A stretch of 64,000 nt of DNA from contig CP174360.1 of NCBI GenBank assembly GCA_045401155.1, positions 159,035 through 223,034 of the forward strand, in the 5' to 3' direction. How positions within the stretch are numbered: the stretch's first letter is position 1; each line of letters starts with the position of its first letter. The position numbers and the translations under genes are program-made. Below the pieces are notes generated by a model. The model made no database searches. It was not told where the DNA came from and saw only the letters and a program-made list of their open reading frames with translations. This DNA is from Candidatus Minusculum obligatum. Lineage in GTDB: Bacteria; Patescibacteriota; Minisyncoccia; Phycocordibacterales; Phycocordibacteraceae. Below are positions 59,129-64,000 of this stretch, piece after piece.

Positions 59129-60341
59129 TGCGAGTATTTTTGTAGGTGTTGCGCTTGCTGGTGGTGCACTCGTACTTCTTCCTTCTCAAGATTTTTTATA
59201 TGAGAGAGTTGGAGATGTTGGAGTTGAAGTAAAAGAAGAGGTAAAGCTTCCAGAGGTGGAGCATCTTAAGACTCCTGAGTCAGTAAAGATGGTGTATATG
59301 AGTGCGTGTGCTGCTGGGAGCAATACGTTCCGCAAGCACTTCAAGGAGCTTGTTTCTACGACAGAGTTAAATAGCGTCATGATCGACGTGAAGGATTTTA
59401 GTGGGACCATTGCCTTCCAGGCTCAAGATGAAAGACTGGATCAAGATGATGCGCCAGGGTGTTTTGTGTCGGATATGAAGGAGCTCGTTGCTGAGTTTAA
59501 GGAAATGGGCATCTATACTATTGCACGCATTACAGTCTTCCAAGATCCATACTATGCACCGCGACATCCTGAACAGGCGGTGCAAAAAGAAAGTGATAAG
59601 TCAGTGTGGCATGATTATAAAGGGCTTTCATTTGTGGATGTAGGAGCACGTGAGTACTGGGACTACATCGTGACGCTTTCTGAAGAGACGTATGCACTTG
59701 GGTTTGATGAGCTTAACTTTGATTACATTCGATATCCGTCTGATGGGGACATGAAGGATATTTATTATCCAATCACAAATGCGCAAGTTGAGGCAGATCC
59801 GGACTATGGGAAGGCGCACGAACTTAAGAAATTCTTCGCGTATCTTTCATCATCTCTTCCAGAGGGAGCGGTTACATCAGCAGATCTTTTTGGCATGACG
59901 ACGACTAATACAGATGATCTAAATATTGGACAGGTTATGGAGTACGCATATCCGTACTTTGATTACATTGCGCCAATGACATACCCGTCACATTATCCAT
60001 CTGGATTTTATGGAATTGCCAATCCAAATGATCACGTGTATGACGTGATGAAGATTTCTTTAGATAAAGCAGTAGAGCGATTTGAGAGTACGAGTACGAT
60101 TGTGCCATTTGATGATTCTCTTGCAATTGCCTCTACTACACCGCAGGCATACACCAAAGAAGTATTCGATACAGATAAGATTCGTCCTTGGATTCAGGAT
60201 TTTGATTATGGAGGAACGTATGGACCAGATAAGGTGCGTGCACAAATTCAAGCAGTATACGATGCGGGGCTTGATTCATGGATGCTGTGGGATCCAAGTA
60301 ATTGGTACACGAAGGAAGCACTACTTTCTTCAGATATATGA
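59118..60341 (+). CDS. membrane-anchored putative glycoside hydrolase-like TIM-barrel protein (DUF4015/GHL-like)
   Basis: N-terminal TM helix; MIDVKDFSGTIAF...GIYTIARITVFQD...ELNFDYIRYP pattern. Confidence 0.5.
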   Translation: MVRSASIFVGVALAGGALVLLPSQDFLYERVGDVGVEVKEEVKLPEVEHLKTPESVKMVYMSACAAGSNTFRKHFKELVSTTELNSVMIDVKDFSGTIAFQAQDERLDQDDAPGCFVSDMKELVAEFKEMGIYTIARITVFQDPYYAPRHPEQAVQKESDKSVWHDYKGLSFVDVGAREYWDYIVTLSEETYALGFDELNFDYIRYPSDGDMKDIYYPITNAQVEADPDYGKAHELKKFFAYLSSSLPEGAVTSADLFGMTTTNTDDLNIGQVMEYAYPYFDYIAPMTYPSHYPSGFYGIANPNDHVYDVMKISLDKAVERFESTSTIVPFDDSLAIASTTPQAYTKEVFDTDKIRPWIQDFDYGGTYGPDKVRAQIQAVYDAGLDSWMLWDPSNWYTKEALLSSDI

Positions 60342-60577
60342 AATTAAAGCTTAAAAAAATTCTTTCCATTCTCATCCCCATACTGTTTTTGGGAATGGCA
60401 CTTTCGTATCTCTTTTTTGAATTTTCTCTTTCTAAAGACTCGCAGGCGCTAAAGGAAGAGTGTACTACTCGCATGGTTCAGGCAGAAGAAAATGGAGAGG
60501 AGTTTTCATACAATCATTGTGTAAATGAACAAGAGTTGTTTATTCGATCAAACCTAAAGTTTCTTTTTGGAGATTAG
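60338..60577 (+). CDS. small membrane-anchored protein
   Basis: The ATGA overlap with the upstream stop suggests translational coupling. MKLKLKKILSILIPILFLGMALSYLFF. Confidence 0.3.
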   Translation: MKLKLKKILSILIPILFLGMALSYLFFEFSLSKDSQALKEECTTRMVQAEENGEEFSYNHCVNEQELFIRSNLKFLFGD

Positions 60578-60621
60578 TCTCGTTTCTGTCCAAGTTTGTG
60601 TAATTAGAACAGTAAAAGAAT

Positions 60622-62226
60622 GTGTATACTGTATGTATGAGTGAGAACCTTGATAAGGTGACCTATTTTGGTGCTGCAGATGCGCGTGGAAGAAACACGC
60701 CTTTTGGTATTCGTAAGGGAGACCGGACGCGGCACATGTACGTGATTGGGAAGACGGGTATGGGTAAGAGTACCTTGCTTGAGAACCTTGCCATTCAGGA
60801 TATTAATAATGGAGAAGGGTTGGCATTTATTGATCCGCACGGCTCTACTGCAGAGACGCTTTTAGATTATATTCCAGAGCACCGCGTAAAGGATGTGGTG
60901 TATTTTGCGCCGTTTGATTTGGATAACCCTATTGCCTTCAATGTGATGGAGGATGTTGGATACGATAAGCGACACTTGGTGGTAAGTGGACTTATGTCTA
61001 CCTTCAAGAAGATTTGGGTGGATGCGTGGAGTGCGCGAATGGAGTACATTTTGACCAACACACTTTTGGCGCTTCTTGAGTATCCGGGAGCAACACTTTT
61101 GGGAGTGAATCGTATGTACGTAGATAAGGACTATCGTAATGATGTGATCGCACATATTACCGATCCTGTAGTAAAAGACTTTTGGACAAAAGAGTTTGCA
61201 GGGTATACCGATCGATTTACACAAGAGGCAACACCTGCGATTCAAAACAAGGTGGGCCAGTTTACAAGTAACCCAGTGATTAGAAATATCATTGGGCAGC
61301 CAGTATCTTCTTTTGATATTAGAAAGATTATGGATGAGAAGAAGATTCTTATCGTAAACCTTTCAAAGGGGCAGGTAGGAGATACGAATGCGCAGCTTCT
61401 CGGATCTATGCTTACGACGCGTATTTATCTTGCGGCGATGAGTCGTGCAGACTTACGTAAGTCAGAGTTGCAAAAGCTTCCAAACTTTTATTTCTATGTG
61501 GACGAGTTCCAAAACTTTGCCAATGAGACCTTTGCAGAGATTCTCTCTGAGGCACGTAAGTACAAACTTAATCTTATTATCGCGCACCAATACATTGAGC
61601 AGATGGAAGAGGAGGTTAAAAATGCGGTATTTGGAAACGTGGGTACGACCGTCTCTTTTCGTGTAGGTCCGTTTGACGCAGAGGTGCTCGAGGCCATTTT
61701 CCAACCAAGCTTCACCAAAGAAGATTTGGTGAACCTGGGACAGTACCAGATTTATCTAACCCTTATGATCAATGGGGTTGGTAGCCAGCCATTTTCTGCA
61801 ATGACCATTCCGCCAATTGAAATGCCAGATGTGACATATCGAGAGGAGGTAATTGCAAACTCTAAGAAAACATACGGAAAGGAGCGTAAGGGGATTGAGG
61901 AGGCAATCTTTGCAGCACTTTCTCCATTGCAGCCTGCAGGAAAAGCAATGCAGGAAGAGAAGAAAAAGCCGAAGAAGCAAAATAATAATAATACTAAGAA
62001 ACAGAATCCTCCAAAGAAGCAAGAAAAGAATTCAGGAGAGCTTCGAGATATTTTAAAGAAGGTAGCAGGTAAGGAAGAGAAGAAAAAAGAAATGCCGAAG
62101 CAAGAAAACAGTGCTCTAAAGGAGGCGCTTAAGAAAGCAGAGGTTAGAGAGACTCCAAAGACTGAAGCTAAGACAAATGAAGTTCCTGAAGAGGTACTGA
62201 AACAAATTATTGCTGATGATTCGTAG
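60622..62226 (+). CDS. FtsK/HerA/TraG-superfamily P-loop ATPase (AAA_10/DUF87-like) with Lys-rich C-terminal tail
   Basis: Walker A VIGKTGMGKSTLLENL followed by FIDPHGS (the DPHGE/DPKG motif of HerA/VirD4/VirB4-type ATPases). C-terminal KKKPKKQNNNNTKKQNPPKKQEK. Confidence 0.6.
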   Translation: MYTVCMSENLDKVTYFGAADARGRNTPFGIRKGDRTRHMYVIGKTGMGKSTLLENLAIQDINNGEGLAFIDPHGSTAETLLDYIPEHRVKDVVYFAPFDLDNPIAFNVMEDVGYDKRHLVVSGLMSTFKKIWVDAWSARMEYILTNTLLALLEYPGATLLGVNRMYVDKDYRNDVIAHITDPVVKDFWTKEFAGYTDRFTQEATPAIQNKVGQFTSNPVIRNIIGQPVSSFDIRKIMDEKKILIVNLSKGQVGDTNAQLLGSMLTTRIYLAAMSRADLRKSELQKLPNFYFYVDEFQNFANETFAEILSEARKYKLNLIIAHQYIEQMEEEVKNAVFGNVGTTVSFRVGPFDAEVLEAIFQPSFTKEDLVNLGQYQIYLTLMINGVGSQPFSAMTIPPIEMPDVTYREEVIANSKKTYGKERKGIEEAIFAALSPLQPAGKAMQEEKKKPKKQNNNNTKKQNPPKKQEKNSGELRDILKKVAGKEEKKKEMPKQENSALKEALKKAEVRETPKTEAKTNEVPEEVLKQIIADDS

Positions 62227-63406
62227 CCTTCTTTTATTTTGTATCTTTCCGCATCTTGCGTTTGCAGGAGTCTATATAAGTGAGGTTGCATGGATGGGAG
62301 ATGGTGAGAGTGCAAATAATGAGTGGATAGAGTTATATAGTAGTGAGTCAGTTGATCTTGGTGGGTGGAGCCTCTCTGCATTAGATGGCACGCCAAGCAT
62401 TTCATTAGAGGGCACCATAGATGGTGCTTTTGTTATATATCGTGGGACTAACTACTCTGGTGCACTAGAAAATAGTGGAGAAGTGCTTATTCTTTCAGAT
62501 GCTTCTGGTGCAGAAATAGATAGAGTAGATGGAGGTGATGGGTGGAGTATCGGGGGAGACAATGACTCAAAAGAAACTGCTCAGTTTATAGATGGGTCAT
62601 GGATTACAGCTTCTCCTACACCAGGCTCTGTTTCTTTTGCAGAAGAAACGGTTGTAGAGAGTGTTTCTAGTGCTGGTGGCTCTACGTATACTCCGGCACA
62701 TTTAGTTATTGATATTCCAGATGTGATTGAGGTTGTTGCAGGAGATGATCATATATTTGAGGTTGGTGTAGGGAATAGTGAGGGTGCTACGTACACGGGA
62801 GCCTTGGTGTCGTGGAATTTTGGAGACGGAAGCAGTCTTTCGGGGAATAAGATATATCATCGCTATCCGTATGCGGGGGAGTACGTGGCATATGTGCATG
62901 TGCGGTATGGAAATGAAGAGTTTTCTAAAAAAGTTTTGGTGGTGGTGCGGGATGCAGATATTTCATTTTCAGTAGTAGATCAAGATAAGGTGGAGATTAT
63001 AAATGGAGATGATACAGAATTAGATATTTCACATTGGAGGATTACAGACGGCTCTAATGTGTTTATGTTCCCAGCGCATAGTTATGTAGGGAATGAGAGT
63101 TCTGTGTTTATCTCATCTGCCGTGGCAGGATTTAATTTTGGAGAGGATACAGTACTTACGTATCCAAATGGAGAGGAGGTCTTGAGGACTGAAGAAGAGG
63201 TCATAGTTTCTCCGCAGGTTGTATATGTTCCTGCTCCTGTAGTGGAAGAGGTTTTAGTAGAAGAAGATGAGGCACCTCTACTACCTGCGGCAGCAGTTGT
63301 TGCAGATGAAGCTGCAGGAGGGTTGTCGATATGGGTGTATGCCTGGGTGCTGGTAGTTTTGCTGGCGGGCGGAAGTATCGTATATGTGCGAAAGGCGCGG
63401 GCCTGA
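62210..63406 (+). CDS. secreted lamin-tail-domain (LTD) protein with C-terminal TM anchor
   Basis: Signal peptide; 'VYISEVAWMGDGESANNEWIELYSSESVDLGGWSLS' is an LTD signature. C-terminal hydrophobic helix plus RKARA. Confidence 0.65.
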   Translation: MLMIRSLLLFCIFPHLAFAGVYISEVAWMGDGESANNEWIELYSSESVDLGGWSLSALDGTPSISLEGTIDGAFVIYRGTNYSGALENSGEVLILSDASGAEIDRVDGGDGWSIGGDNDSKETAQFIDGSWITASPTPGSVSFAEETVVESVSSAGGSTYTPAHLVIDIPDVIEVVAGDDHIFEVGVGNSEGATYTGALVSWNFGDGSSLSGNKIYHRYPYAGEYVAYVHVRYGNEEFSKKVLVVVRDADISFSVVDQDKVEIINGDDTELDISHWRITDGSNVFMFPAHSYVGNESSVFISSAVAGFNFGEDTVLTYPNGEEVLRTEEEVIVSPQVVYVPAPVVEEVLVEEDEAPLLPAAAVVADEAAGGLSIWVYAWVLVVLLAGGSIVYVRKARA

Positions 63407-63420
63407 GATTAGGTCCGCGC
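63395..63420. terminator. bidirectional hairpin terminator between convergent genes
   Basis: gcgcgggcc-tgagatta-ggtccgcgc. Confidence 0.55.
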
Positions 63421-63431
63421 CTTCACGCTGT

Positions 63432-63755
63432 TTATCCGAACAGCGGACGGTCGATTGCTCTCAAAAAGAGTGCAATTATGGATGCAGCAAATGTAAGACC
63501 GACACCGATGCCGACAAGCATTACGGCAAAGGCTGGATATGTGATGGTCAGAACCCACACACATATGCCAGCAAATGCTGAGCTGAGGCATACGCTGATC
63601 CAGTCAAATTTTGTCATCCATTTGTACGAAATCATGTACAGGACTGCAGTTGTGGTTGTCGCCGTAGGGCTCACCGCGGGCCAGAGAATGAGAGTTGTGA
63701 TTGCATAGACGCCCGCAAGGGCGAGCAAGCACAAAACAACGATTACATTTTTCAT
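63432..63755 (-). CDS. hypothetical polytopic membrane protein
   Basis: 107 aa with 3 predicted TM helices. Confidence 0.45.
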   Translation of the reverse strand: MKNVIVVLCLLALAGVYAITTLILWPAVSPTATTTTAVLYMISYKWMTKFDWISVCLSSAFAGICVWVLTITYPAFAVMLVGIGVGLTFAASIIALFLRAIDRPLFG

Positions 63756-63828
63756 GACAGCCTCCTCTAATGCTCAAGGTACGTGATTATTGTGCATATA
63801 GCAATACATAGTAGTATCTTTTATATAT

Positions 63829-64000
63829 ATGGCTAAATTAGCAGCGGTTACAGGCGGAGCAGGGTTTATTGGTTCACATTTGTGTGAGCGTCTTGTCTCT
63901 GAAGGATACAAGGTTATCTCTCTAGATAATTACTTTACAGGCTCAAAAGAGAATCATGTGGAGGGTGTTGAGTATCGGGAGGGGCACACAAAAGATATCG
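63829..64000 (+). CDS. NAD-dependent epimerase/dehydratase (UDP-sugar decarboxylase/4,6-dehydratase-like), 3'-truncated by window end
   Basis: [43 protein letters not shown]. Confidence 0.7.
   Translation, partial: MAKLAAVTGGAGFIGSHLCERLVSEGYKVISLDNYFTGSKENHVEGVEYREGHTKDI

Overview
This 64 kb window looks like a small, low-GC bacterial genome that makes little use of Shine-Dalgarno sequences, probably a Candidate Phyla Radiation (CPR)/Patescibacteria organism. The 16S carries CPR-style variants at the universal 338 and 515 sites and an altered 3' tail. The window holds housekeeping genes, unlinked rRNA genes, cell-envelope glycosylation genes, secDF and folD, and a type IV pilus locus.

- **Housekeeping genes:** glyQS, metG, tatD, the rpsF-ssb-rpsR cluster, efp, recA, ftsK, rplJ-rplL, murD, murC and rsmI.
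- **rRNA genes:** 23S and 5S lie on the + strand about 10 kb upstream of a separately promoted 16S. A lone tRNA-Ile(GAT) sits 2.5 kb beyond the 16S with its own promoter and terminator.
- **Cell-envelope and surface proteins:** a SEDS-family FtsW/RodA, a GT4 glycosyltransferase, a polyprenyl sugar-phosphate transferase, two epimerases, an O-antigen-ligase-like protein, and a 1115-aa surface protein with a peptidoglycan-binding domain.
- **Type IV pilus locus:** a CHASE-PAS sensor histidine kinase, three tandem stand-alone receiver proteins, pilB, pilC and three pilin-like genes.
- **23S intervening sequence:** a 179-nt insertion in 23S helix 45, closed by a perfect 12-bp stem, contains a class-II tRNA(Ser)-like cloverleaf with an encoded CCA.
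- **GC-rich orphan genes:** five small genes use E. coli-like codons and each has a canonical AAAGGGG-type ribosome-binding site, plus in several cases its own consensus promoter and terminator, and in one case a palindromic operator. Core genes have no ribosome-binding site, which suggests these cassettes were acquired.
- **Other accessory regions:** an AT-rich island carries a secreted lipase-like hydrolase, and a HerA/TraG-family ATPase is paired with a lamin-tail-domain secreted protein.
- **Structured intergenic regions:** several are flagged as candidate non-coding RNAs.
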